From a virus, in the IMG/VR virus record IMGVR_UViG_3300005077_000099, positions 1 through 42,461 of that record: a stretch of 42,461 bases of DNA; one strand, given 5' to 3'. Position numbers and translations under genes: made by a program. Shown one piece after another: positions 26,288 through 34,932 of the stretch (its first letter is position 1; each line of letters opens with the position of its first letter). The notes beneath the pieces were generated by a model. The model ran no database searches, was not told the origin of the DNA, and saw nothing but the letters and a program-made list of their open reading frames with translations.

Positions 26288-27037
26288 ATGGGTGGTAAGA
26301 ATAGTATCATCAATAAGCCTTTAGGAAGTCTAGCTGGAGGTTCTAATTCTTTGATTAGTAAACCACTAGGTACTGGTAAGGGGTCTGTAAATAAAGTTGC
26401 TGAAGATGCTCTTGGACCTACTGGTAAAAGAATAGCTGATTTTGCTACTGGAGCCGCCATTGGTGGTGGAATCGGTGGAAATCCTATGAGTGGTATGGCC
26501 GCTTTAGGCGGTATTTCTGCCTTAGGTGGAATAAAAGGAACTAAAGATACTTTATTAGGTAGTAAGCAAGAAGTAGAGAATATTATGCCAGCTGGTAAAG
26601 CTGGGGAATATTTAAAAGCTGGAGAAGCCAAGGGCGAGCAATTAGTAGGCGCGACTGTTGGTGAAGTCGGTCAACAAAGAGCCGACATCCGTAAAAAATA
26701 TCAAGATATAGTTAACGGTGAATCAATAGCTGAGAAAAATTTAACTAGGCAATCAAATGCAGATAAGAGAACAGCTAGAGCTACTGCCGCTGTTTCTGGT
26801 GGAAGTCAAATGTCTGCTGGTCAAGAACAAGCTATGAATAGACAATCAGCTTCTGATATTGCTACAGCTAGAAGTGCTGAATACTTAAATGCATTAAATA
26901 AACTAGAAGCGCAATATCGTGGAGCGGCTGGAGATATCGCAAGCTTATCTGGAAAATATGGGGCTATCGGTGTCGGGGTGGCACCAGCTCCTACAATTAC
27001 AAAAAGTAGCGGCATTTTTGACGGATTATTTGGATAG
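26288..27037 (+). CDS. Gly-rich protein (249 aa); internal virion or ejection protein candidate
   Basis: Contains GAAIGGGIGGNPMSGMAALGGISALGGIKG. It lies after the tail genes. Confidence 0.5.
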   Translation: MGGKNSIINKPLGSLAGGSNSLISKPLGTGKGSVNKVAEDALGPTGKRIADFATGAAIGGGIGGNPMSGMAALGGISALGGIKGTKDTLLGSKQEVENIMPAGKAGEYLKAGEAKGEQLVGATVGEVGQQRADIRKKYQDIVNGESIAEKNLTRQSNADKRTARATAAVSGGSQMSAGQEQAMNRQSASDIATARSAEYLNALNKLEAQYRGAAGDIASLSGKYGAIGVGVAPAPTITKSSGIFDGLFG

Positions 27038-27045
27038 GAGCTAAT

Positions 27046-27501
27046 ATGAAAGTAACTCAAACAATAGAAATAGGGAAAGTAATTAGTAAAGCTAGAAAGG
27101 TAAAAACTACAGGAGAAAGCTATGATTTAAAACCATCTAAGGAATTTTCTTATAATTTTAATTCTACTGTAGACTCTGCAGCTTCAAAATCCAAACCATC
27201 AAAAATGAAGTCAGCTGAGTCATATTTTAAATCTACTATTTCTTCCTCTGCACTTAAAAATGGTGGGCTTAAGCCAGCTATGTCAGCGGCAATTGATAGA
27301 GTTGGGACTGTAAATTCTGCAGCTGATAATAAAAGATTTGGCAATATCACTTCTGGATATAGAAAAGTAGGAGAAGGAGAGCCTGATTCTACAGCTTTAG
27401 TTGATGGTGAAAGAGTGGATTTTAAATTTAAGAAAAGATATGAAGGGGATACGCCAGCTCAACACGTAAGAGATATGGCTAAAAAAGCTAGGAAAAAATA
27501 A
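27046..27501 (+). CDS. Hypothetical basic protein (151 aa)
   Basis: RBS GGAG and operon context. Confidence 0.55.
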   Translation: MKVTQTIEIGKVISKARKVKTTGESYDLKPSKEFSYNFNSTVDSAASKSKPSKMKSAESYFKSTISSSALKNGGLKPAMSAAIDRVGTVNSAADNKRFGNITSGYRKVGEGEPDSTALVDGERVDFKFKKRYEGDTPAQHVRDMAKKARKK

Positions 27502-28832
27502 TGGAAACAAAACCACAAAAGAAAGTAAACTTATTGAATACTTTTAGAGGTATTCAGGATGAGGAAATGAACTCTCCTGATAATGCTTATTCTGGGCCTA
27601 AAACTTTAGGAACAGAGATGGGTGAAATAGGGTCGGCTTTATATAAAGGTGGAGAAAAGGCTGTTCAAGATTTTGGATCTGGAGTTAAGCAAATAGGTTC
27701 TGCTATTGGAGAAGGAATCCAAAGTGGGGCTAGTGCTGTTGGTAGGGGTCTGGATAAAGTAGGAAGTGCTATCGGGGAAGGGGTTAGATCAGCAGCTAGT
27801 TGGGTTGATAAGAATCCAGATTTCCTAATTGGTGCTACTCCTGTTCTTATGGGTTTCCTTACTGGAGACTATGAGGATGGGTATGGAATAGCTTCTAAAA
27901 CTTTACTAGGTGAAGCTGATAGACGACAAAAACTTGCTGATGAGGCATATAAATTACAACTTAAAAAAGAGGCTGAGTCTAAACAAACTAAAGAAAAAGC
28001 TCAATCTATATCTCTAGTTAATAAGGAAACTGGAGAGACCATTGCCGCTCAATATTTACCAGAGTCTCAAAGTTACGTTGATGCTAGTGGTAATCCATTA
28101 GAGATGAATAAATATGCTTTTAGGCTCCCATTAGATAAAGAGTTAAATATAAAGAATAAGGCTGCTATTAGAAAAAATATGCAATTAGGTAAACATATTG
28201 AGCTAAAAAATGATCCTGTGACTAAAGAGCTATTGGGATACAATAAAATGACTCAGTCTACCTTTAAAATACCTACAAAAAATGAATTAGCCGCTGACCA
28301 AATAAATTATATAAAAGACACTAGAAAAAGATTAGAAAAGACTGATAAGACTCTTCAATTCTATAACTCAGCTAAGAAGGGTTTACTAATGGCTGAATCT
28401 GGAAGCATTCTAGAAAGAAAAGCAGCTTTAAAAGAATTAGCCACTTCTATAGAGAAAGGTAAATTATCAGACTTTGACGTAACCTATTTAATATCTCCTT
28501 TTGGCGGTATGGATGCCGCATTAGATTGGGCTAAAAGAGTTGGGGCTGGTAAAGTGGATAGGCTGGATAAAGAACTAAAGCAAGCTTTAATTAGATCAAT
28601 GAATGAAGAGAAAGCTAGAATTAGAGGAGAATATGAAAGAGAATATAATCTAGGAGATATAGCTAGATTGAATAAAGATCAAATGAAACAATATGTTGGT
28701 GAGCCTGTTGGCATAAAAGATTTCGCCATAGTTGAACTAAATGGTAAAAGGTTCCCTGTACATACAGATGATTTAGGTAGAGTATTAAAGTTGAAAGAAA
28801 ATAAAAAAGCTAAGGTTGTGGGATATGAGTAA
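27501..28832 (+). CDS. Hypothetical large virion protein (443 aa) with GSAIGEG repeats
   Basis: KQIGSAIGEGIQSGASAV and KVGSAIGEGVRSAASWV form a duplicated motif. Its start overlaps the upstream stop (TAATG). Confidence 0.55.
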   Translation: METKPQKKVNLLNTFRGIQDEEMNSPDNAYSGPKTLGTEMGEIGSALYKGGEKAVQDFGSGVKQIGSAIGEGIQSGASAVGRGLDKVGSAIGEGVRSAASWVDKNPDFLIGATPVLMGFLTGDYEDGYGIASKTLLGEADRRQKLADEAYKLQLKKEAESKQTKEKAQSISLVNKETGETIAAQYLPESQSYVDASGNPLEMNKYAFRLPLDKELNIKNKAAIRKNMQLGKHIELKNDPVTKELLGYNKMTQSTFKIPTKNELAADQINYIKDTRKRLEKTDKTLQFYNSAKKGLLMAESGSILERKAALKELATSIEKGKLSDFDVTYLISPFGGMDAALDWAKRVGAGKVDRLDKELKQALIRSMNEEKARIRGEYEREYNLGDIARLNKDQMKQYVGEPVGIKDFAIVELNGKRFPVHTDDLGRVLKLKENKKAKVVGYE

Positions 28833-30753
28833 ATCACTTATGGAAGCGGCTGAAAAAGCCAAGAAAATGGGATATAAAGGAAAAGCTGATGTTTCAGCTG
28901 GGCCTGATAAACCTGATATAGAAACAGATCCTTCTTTAGTTCAAGAGGGTGCTGAGACTCTATTTGATGTCCTTACAGTAATGCCTCAATCTGCTAGTTT
29001 AGAATGGGCTGATGAAGCTGTATCCAAAATAAATCCTAAGCTTGGAGAGCAATATAGGGCAGCTGTTAATGCTGCTAGAGAAAGAAGCCCTAATGCTACT
29101 ACACTAGCAGAGATGTTTACTCCTGATGTATTATCAGTTGTATCTCCAATTTTAAAAGCATCAAAGATACCAAAGCTATTAGGGAAGTTACCTACAGACA
29201 CTATCCCTGTGTCTATGCTTAAAAGTGGTGTAAAGTCTGGATCTGAGGGAGCCGCTACTTCAGCTATAATGCAAGCTGGGGATAAAGGTGAAGTAAGTGG
29301 TGCCGATGTTATGGGTTCTGGATTTTTATCTGGTGTGGGTGGAGCCGCTACAGGTGTAGTTAAAAACTACAGTGCTATGAGATCGAAAACAACTGGTACT
29401 GATGATATAATAGACGCTTTTGATACTAAAGCTCCCAAAGGTGGTCAGATAGATTACATGATGAATATGATGAAAAACATGGAATCTGATCATAACTTAT
29501 TCCAAGGTGGAAAAGTTGAATTAGATCCAGTTTCATTAAAATTTAAACCAGTAAATCCAGCTTATGGGGCTATGGGTAAGGTAGTGCCTCCAAGTAATAA
29601 AGAGCTTTTTTCTAGAGTAGAAAAGATGAAAAAGGGAGTCCATAACCAAGTTCAAGGAATGCTTGAGAACCAATCTAAATTCTCCTTTAGTGGATTAGAA
29701 GGGACTCCTTTCATGGAACAAATGAAAAGGCAGGGAGTTAATTTCGATGCCTCTTATCCAGAGTCTAAAGGAATCTTCTACGCTGGAGACTTTGCTAATG
29801 ATATTGAGGATATTGTAAATTCTGTTCCTCTAAAAAGTGAAAAGCAGGGAGAAAATATACGTAAGGCTCTTCAATTCCAAATGTCTAGGGTATTTGGAGA
29901 TACTATGGATAGTGAAGCTAATTTCCTAGAAATGGATCAACTCAAAAAGAATCTATACGAACTTATTAATTACGCTAAAAGAAATAATAAAACAGCTCAA
30001 GAAGCCGCTTATACTCAATTTGCTAAAGTGGTTAAAGATAAAATAGAAGCTAACCTAGAGGGTGCCCCTAAAATGCAACAGTTAAATAGATTATATGGAG
30101 ACCTATCCATAATGTCTGATGCCATCAATGAAAAGATGAAGAAAGGGGATTCCACTAGAATATCTAAAGGTGCAATGGCTAATAATGCTATATATAAAGC
30201 TGGAGCTATAATGGAGTCATTAAGAGATGTATTATTGGGTCCAGTATCTCAAGTGTCATCAGCTGTACAAAACACTCCAGCTTTATCGGAAATGGGAAGT
30301 GCGTTTATTAGAAAAGCTATACCTGTTTCTAGTAGATCAGAGGAAATACAAGTTCCAATGAGACCAGATAGATCACCAGATGCTGTAAGTGCTATGCAAC
30401 CACTTCCTCTTAAACTTCAGAATATGAGATTACCGAGGACAGTAGAAGGTGTCTTAAGTAACCCTAAGGTAGTCCTTGCTAAATTGGCTCAGGAGAATCC
30501 AGAGCTATTTGACCAAGTGAATTTTGTACTTCAGAATAGACCAGAAGATATGAGAGAAATTCTACCTTTAATCATAGAAATGAACCCTTCTTTATTTGAG
30601 AAGGATAGATACAATAGAATTGACAACATAGTACCAGCGGACAAAGTTCCTATGGTAATGGAAGAAATACGAAAGAATGATAGCTTGTCACCTACACAAA
30701 AAGTTAATAAACTAGACTTGTTGAACAGAACTGGAGAGTATTATGACAATTGA
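28825..30753 (+). CDS. Hypothetical large virion protein (about 642 aa); internal or ejection protein candidate
   Basis: The ORF track starts at TTG 28816. ATG 28825 (MSKSLMEAAE) overlaps the upstream stop as ATGAGTAA and is more likely. Confidence 0.55.
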   Translation: MSKSLMEAAEKAKKMGYKGKADVSAGPDKPDIETDPSLVQEGAETLFDVLTVMPQSASLEWADEAVSKINPKLGEQYRAAVNAARERSPNATTLAEMFTPDVLSVVSPILKASKIPKLLGKLPTDTIPVSMLKSGVKSGSEGAATSAIMQAGDKGEVSGADVMGSGFLSGVGGAATGVVKNYSAMRSKTTGTDDIIDAFDTKAPKGGQIDYMMNMMKNMESDHNLFQGGKVELDPVSLKFKPVNPAYGAMGKVVPPSNKELFSRVEKMKKGVHNQVQGMLENQSKFSFSGLEGTPFMEQMKRQGVNFDASYPESKGIFYAGDFANDIEDIVNSVPLKSEKQGENIRKALQFQMSRVFGDTMDSEANFLEMDQLKKNLYELINYAKRNNKTAQEAAYTQFAKVVKDKIEANLEGAPKMQQLNRLYGDLSIMSDAINEKMKKGDSTRISKGAMANNAIYKAGAIMESLRDVLLGPVSQVSSAVQNTPALSEMGSAFIRKAIPVSSRSEEIQVPMRPDRSPDAVSAMQPLPLKLQNMRLPRTVEGVLSNPKVVLAKLAQENPELFDQVNFVLQNRPEDMREILPLIIEMNPSLFEKDRYNRIDNIVPADKVPMVMEEIRKNDSLSPTQKVNKLDLLNRTGEYYDN

Positions 30754-30877
30754 ATTATTTCAAGGTAGAGCAGAAGCTCTTTACAATAGACTTGAAGAAA
30801 TAAAAACAGGTGGAGCAACTTCCATCCAAGTTATTCCCACTAAAGAAGGTGGGTCATATATAATTATATTTAGCTAG
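30743..30877 (+). CDS. Small ORF, 44 aa (below the ORF-track cutoff)
   Basis: My translation is MTIELFQGRAEALYNRLEEIKTGGATSIQVIPTKEGGSYIIIFS. GGAG lies 6 nt before the ATG. The ORF fills an otherwise empty 134-nt gap. Confidence 0.4.
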   Translation: MTIELFQGRAEALYNRLEEIKTGGATSIQVIPTKEGGSYIIIFS

Positions 30878-30887
30878 GAGATGACAA

Positions 30888-31145
30888 ATGGACATTAAAG
30901 AAACTAAAGAATTTATCGGAGCATTAGGTATTTTGGGCGTAGCGGCAAAAAGAATCGCTAAAGACGGAATAAATGCTTCAGACATTGCAGAGATCGTATC
31001 TCTTGCTCAGAAGTTTAAAGAACTTTCAGAAGGTTTTAAAGGCTTAGACATCATGCTAGAAGAGCTTAAAAGCTTAGATCAAGCAGAAGTCTTAGCTATC
31101 ATTGGCGAGCTATACGCTCAAGCTGATGCTATTAACAAAGCTTAA
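30888..31145 (+). CDS. Hypothetical protein (85 aa) with one weak hydrophobic segment
   Basis: RBS AGGAG. Contains FIGALGILGVAA. A strong terminator follows. Confidence 0.55.
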   Translation: MDIKETKEFIGALGILGVAAKRIAKDGINASDIAEIVSLAQKFKELSEGFKGLDIMLEELKSLDQAEVLAIIGELYAQADAINKA

Positions 31146-31183
31146 TCCCTAACTGTAGGGTTGGACTCCTACGGTTTAATCAT

Positions 31184-31219
31184 GCCCTAGAGTTTATGCG
31201 CTTTCTCTAGGGCTTTTTT
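31184..31219 (+). terminator. Strong rho-independent terminator
   Basis: The 9-bp perfect stem gccctagag / ctctagggc has a 12-nt loop and is followed by tttttt. Confidence 0.8.
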
Positions 31220-31231
31220 ATTAGGATTTTT

Positions 31232-31483
31232 ATGAGTATTACAGCAATAGCCTCTGGTATATTCGCAATAGCCAAAGCCTTTCCGAAGATAATGGAGCTT
31301 TACAACAAAGTGGAATCCCTTATAATGGAATGGAGACTTTCTCAAATAACAGACGATTATCAAATGAAGAGAGATAAGATCAGAGCAATAACTGCGTCTA
31401 TCTCCAGAGCGACAACAAACGAGGAAAGACGTGCTTTATCAAAGATTCTTCACGATTATACTTCTGGCAAATTTCACGATTAG
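31232..31483 (+). CDS. i-spanin candidate (83 aa, N-terminal TM plus helical C-terminus)
   Basis: N-terminal segment ITAIASGIFAIAKAF. Its 3' end contains the start of the lipoprotein ORF in another frame, an Rz/Rz1-like overlapped architecture. Confidence 0.45.
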   Translation: MSITAIASGIFAIAKAFPKIMELYNKVESLIMEWRLSQITDDYQMKRDKIRAITASISRATTNEERRALSKILHDYTSGKFHD

Positions 31484-31691
31484 TTGTCAGACAGATACCT
31501 TCAATAGACCTATAGAGCCAAGTTGTCTATCCAATGGGGATGGCTCAGCAGAATGTACATATAAAGATAGATCCTATACTGAACCTAATACATTAAATTA
31601 TGTATGTACTCCACCTGAGAGTTATGGACGGTATCAGGTATATGTATTGGAGTTAGAAGAAAGACTTCGTAAATGCGAGCTTAGCAACTAA
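31431..31691 (+). CDS. o-spanin candidate (86 aa lipoprotein, GTG start)
   Basis: GAGGA lies 5 nt before the GTG. The signal and lipobox-like sequence is FFTIILLANFTISC. The mature part has 5 Cys and several Pro. It overlaps the preceding gene by 53 nt. Confidence 0.5.
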   Translation: MLYQRFFTIILLANFTISCQTDTFNRPIEPSCLSNGDGSAECTYKDRSYTEPNTLNYVCTPPESYGRYQVYVLELEERLRKCELSN

Positions 31692-31715
31692 CTCCAACAA
31701 AAACTGGAGGAAACA

Positions 31716-32465
31716 ATGGGAATTAAGACCGCACTCATAATTCCTGATTGCCACATCCCTTATGAAGATAAGAGAGCATATCAGCTTATGCTTGATGTAG
31801 CAATGGATTTAAGCCCAGATGAAATAGTTATCTTGGGTGATTACGCAGACTTCTATGCTGTCAACTCACATGGGAAGTCACCTACTCTAACCTTATCTCT
31901 TCAAGAAGAAGTCACAGCTGTTGTCGAAAGATTGATTGAGCTAAATAAGTTATTCCCTAAATCTAAGAAAGTTTTTATTCAGGGTAATCACGAGTACAGG
32001 CTAGAAAGATACATAGCTAAAAACTGTCCAGACTTATATGGAGTCACAGATACCAAGAGCATACTAGAGCTTAATATTCTTGGTTATAATTATGTGCCGT
32101 ATGGCCCAACTCAGAAATACCACGTATTAGGCTCCAAGCTAATTGCTCGGCACGAGCCTCTGGCTGGAGGAAAACACGTTGCCCAAAATACTGTGGAAAA
32201 GGCAATGGCCAGCGTGATTTTTGGACATACTCACCGTATACAAGAAGCTCAGATAGTAACCATGGGAGGCGATAATTATCGAGGCATCTCTTCAGGTTGG
32301 CTTGGTGATTCAAAACATGAAGTAATGCAATACGTGAGGTCTCACCATCAGTGGGCTTTAGGATTTTCAATAGTTCGAGTTCTAAATTCTGGGACATGGT
32401 TTAATCAACTTGTTCATATTATAGATTATAAATGTATGGTGGACGGTTTCATATATGAAGGATAA
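31716..32465 (+). CDS. Calcineurin-like metallophosphoesterase (249 aa)
   Basis: The ordered motifs are IIPDCH, LGDYADF, QGNHEYR, ARHEP and FGHTHR. RBS GGAGG. Confidence 0.8.
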   Translation: MGIKTALIIPDCHIPYEDKRAYQLMLDVAMDLSPDEIVILGDYADFYAVNSHGKSPTLTLSLQEEVTAVVERLIELNKLFPKSKKVFIQGNHEYRLERYIAKNCPDLYGVTDTKSILELNILGYNYVPYGPTQKYHVLGSKLIARHEPLAGGKHVAQNTVEKAMASVIFGHTHRIQEAQIVTMGGDNYRGISSGWLGDSKHEVMQYVRSHHQWALGFSIVRVLNSGTWFNQLVHIIDYKCMVDGFIYEG

Positions 32466-32652
32466 CATATTACAATTTCCTAAACTAGAGATAATCGATA
32501 GAAATGAGCCTCACGAAATACTTAATTATTATTATAAAATATTAGAAGAAGCCCTTCTACACTACGATATTGAGGATCATAGGGTAGAACAGGCTTTGGT
32601 AAACTTACAACAATCTATTTCATGGTGGGAGTTTTACTGCTCGGAAGAGTAA
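32455..32652 (+). CDS. Hypothetical protein (65 aa); last gene of the rightward arm
   Basis: The ORF overlaps the MPE stop. Its 3' end overlaps the convergent gene 32615..33151 by 38 nt. Confidence 0.5.
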   Translation: MKDNILQFPKLEIIDRNEPHEILNYYYKILEEALLHYDIEDHRVEQALVNLQQSISWWEFYCSEE

Positions 32653-33151
32653 GAATCTCACTTGGGCTTGCTTCAAAAGTTCCTTCCGTCCTTTTAGCTA
32701 CATGATACAGATCTATTAATCTCGCCAATTTAACAGCAAGCCCATCTATTGCCTTGCTGACATATTTGTCATCAGAGAATAGATCGAACTTCCTACAGGT
32801 ATTAACTACGTGCCACATCCCTACAAAATAGTTTACTGGTAAGGTTGCCGTATATTGTCTCTTGGGAGACTCTAATCTAGATACCTTCTCCATTAGCTCA
32901 AATACTCCATCAACTTCCTCATGGGGAACAACTCTGTTCTCTAGAACCTTATTACAGCATTCTAGGATAGCACTTAATTCAGCTGTATCTGTATCCCATT
33001 GGATTTGATCTTTAAATACTGGTCTACCGATATCGTCAGTAGTCACATCCCCAGATTCTGTAAGAGCGTACTTATTCGTATCTATTGTTACAGATATATT
33101 CTCTTCTGAAGGCTTCACTATCGATAGGCTCGTCGTCTTGTCCGTACTCAT
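32615..33151 (-). CDS. Hypothetical protein (178 aa); last gene of the leftward arm
   Basis: GAGG lies 9 nt before the ATG. It overlaps the J-domain gene by 80 nt. No motif recognised. Confidence 0.55.
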   Translation of the reverse strand: MSTDKTTSLSIVKPSEENISVTIDTNKYALTESGDVTTDDIGRPVFKDQIQWDTDTAELSAILECCNKVLENRVVPHEEVDGVFELMEKVSRLESPKRQYTATLPVNYFVGMWHVVNTCRKFDLFSDDKYVSKAIDGLAVKLARLIDLYHVAKRTEGTFEASPSEILTLPSSKTPTMK

Positions 33152-33683
33152 ATTTCCAATCCTCTATTGCCTTAAGGCATTCATTGAACACTTCTAATCT
33201 ATTATTCATACTATCGATATCTGCTTTTATAGAGATAAGAGTAGTATCTAAATAGGATTTGAGCATTTCTCCGTTTTTAATTCTTTTAGCTGTTTCTTCA
33301 AATTGTCGTATCTTTATATTGAAGTTATCTATGGAAGTCTTGGCTTTTAAGATATCCTCATTTATAAGTCCGCGAATAATCCCAACCAGATCAGTATGTT
33401 CAGGAACAAATCCAAACTTATTAATAGCCCCATCAATATACCCAAAAAGGCTATTACGGACTTTAGACTGAAGAGTTTGAATAGATTTGTAATCTCCCCC
33501 TTCATCGTAAGCCTTACGTCTTTCATCGTCTGATAATACTTCGTACGCCTCTTGATACGTTTTAAACTCCTCTTCGTTCCCACCTTTATCGGGGTGGTGT
33601 TTCTTGGAGAGGTTGTAGAAGGCTTTTTTGATTTCTTGTTTTGTTGCATTTTTATTCACACCCAATTTTTCGTAGAAATCCAT
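33072..33683 (-). CDS. J-domain (DnaJ N-terminal domain) protein, 203 aa
   Basis: DFYEKLGVNKNATKQEIKKAFYNLSKKHHPDKGGNEEEFKTYQEAYEVLSDDERRKAYDEGG is a canonical J domain with the HPD motif. There is no G/F or zinc-finger region after it. Confidence 0.85.
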   Translation of the reverse strand: MDFYEKLGVNKNATKQEIKKAFYNLSKKHHPDKGGNEEEFKTYQEAYEVLSDDERRKAYDEGGDYKSIQTLQSKVRNSLFGYIDGAINKFGFVPEHTDLVGIIRGLINEDILKAKTSIDNFNIKIRQFEETAKRIKNGEMLKSYLDTTLISIKADIDSMNNRLEVFNECLKAIEDWKYEYGQDDEPIDSEAFRREYICNNRYE

Positions 33684-34149
33684 TTAAGTCTCCCTCAACT
33701 ATGCTTTTAACAGACTTGCCTAACCAGTATTGGAAAGTGTTATCCTTCCCATCTGGACTATTATCCCCATGGTTAAATCTTAACTCTGAGCCTACATTTT
33801 TACTAATGAAGTACTCAAAGCAATGTCCCCATTCATGGGCAATAGATCCGCATAAACTAGCTATGCTTCTGTTAACCTTGTATTTATTAAGACCGATATA
33901 CTTGTAATTACCAGAGTACGTTGTTGCGTACGCTGAGGTAAATACGTTAAATGGTCTATAAATAGAAATAGATGGTGAAAATGAATGTCTATAAGTGTAC
34001 GCTAGATTGCTGAGACCCTCTTTAGATACAGTGGTATAGGCTTTATCAAATTCCTCTTCCCTCTGAGATATCAAGGCTGGTATCATATCTAGCACCACAT
34101 TGAATATTAAAGTAGCTTTTTGTACATCACTCAAATTACTTTTTATCAT
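33652..34149 (-). CDS. HExxH zinc-metallopeptidase-like protein (165 aa)
   Basis: Contains SIAHEWGHCFEY. Its start overlaps the stop of the upstream HTH gene by 14 nt. Confidence 0.55.
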   Translation of the reverse strand: MIKSNLSDVQKATLIFNVVLDMIPALISQREEEFDKAYTTVSKEGLSNLAYTYRHSFSPSISIYRPFNVFTSAYATTYSGNYKYIGLNKYKVNRSIASLCGSIAHEWGHCFEYFISKNVGSELRFNHGDNSPDGKDNTFQYWLGKSVKSIVEGDLNGFLRKIGCE

Positions 34150-34330
34150 AAAACCAATCCTCTAGTGCAACTTTCTTGTTTGTAAAAATATAAATCCTAT
34201 GAGCATTAGCCAATGAAGGCAGTATCACACCACTCGCATACCTACTAAGTTGCGAGTAGTGGATACCTATCTTCTTGGATAAGTCCCTTAAATTTACACC
34301 AGTCCCATCAATGTATTCTTTAAAGGTCAT
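34136..34330 (-). CDS. XRE/Cro-type HTH protein (64 aa from ATG 34330)
   Basis: The HTH is LRDLSKKIGIHYSQLSRYASGVILPS. AAGGAG lies 6 nt before ATG 34330. The ORF-track start at 34387 would overlap the SSB gene. Confidence 0.7.
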   Translation of the reverse strand: MTFKEYIDGTGVNLRDLSKKIGIHYSQLSRYASGVILPSLANAHRIYIFTNKKVALEDWFYDKK

Positions 34331-34340
34331 CCGTATCTCC

Positions 34341-34919
34341 TTATGTGAAAGAGAACCCAGCTTCCTCAGATGCGGTCTCTTGAGCACTCTCTTCTACCGC
34401 GAATCCGTTTACTTCTGCATTCCCAAAAATATCTCTAGCGGATGGTTTAGAGAATATTTGCTCTCCATCCTTAAGTTTTTCAACTCCTAGAAGGTTTAAT
34501 CCTACACCTACGTTACCATTGGCATCGTAAGCCCATGCTGATACTGCAAATCTACAGTAGTCGCCATTACCAATATCACTTCTAAATAACTCATTACCCG
34601 CTCTGTTTTGAACAGGTACTTCAAATTTAGTAGCTGCATTCAACGTGTAAACACCTTCCATAAATGGGTATTGAGATAACATTTCATCTCTGTTTTCCAT
34701 CTTGATAGGCATTTTTAAGTTCTTAGGTACTTTATTACCCCATTTTTCAGTAGCTGCAAGTCCACAAATCTCCTTAAGTTTCTTAAGGTCTGCGTCTTTC
34801 TCAATTAATAGAGCGGCTCTGAATCTACCTTTCTCATCAGCTTCAAATAGATTCTTATCGAATACTAATCTTCCTACTGGTGTTACTACTACTGGTGCTT
34901 GGTTTTTGTTGTCTGACAT
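34341..34919 (-). CDS. ssDNA-binding protein candidate (T7 gp2.5-like / DUF2815-like)
   Basis: Lies next to the Cas4-like nuclease and polymerase module. The N-terminus is VVTPVGRLVFDKNLFEA and the acidic C-terminus is EESAQETASEEAGFSFT. The family assignment is from memory. Confidence 0.5.
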   Translation of the reverse strand: MSDNKNQAPVVVTPVGRLVFDKNLFEADEKGRFRAALLIEKDADLKKLKEICGLAATEKWGNKVPKNLKMPIKMENRDEMLSQYPFMEGVYTLNAATKFEVPVQNRAGNELFRSDIGNGDYCRFAVSAWAYDANGNVGVGLNLLGVEKLKDGEQIFSKPSARDIFGNAEVNGFAVEESAQETASEEAGFSFT

Positions 34920-34932
34920 TTTTTCTCCTTTG

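Noticed and set aside
26269-26631. 120-aa antisense ORF over the Gly-rich protein gene; likewise 26821..27060, 27150..27350 and 28986..29201
   Set aside because: These are antisense shadows of Gly/Ala-rich coding sequence. They lie opposite to the operon direction and have no RBS.
33072-34387. Lysogeny or immunity module (HTH plus ImmA-like protease)
   Set aside because: No integrase, excisionase, attP-like site or CI-length repressor occurs anywhere in the closed genome. I report the pair as a finding but not as evidence of temperate lifestyle.
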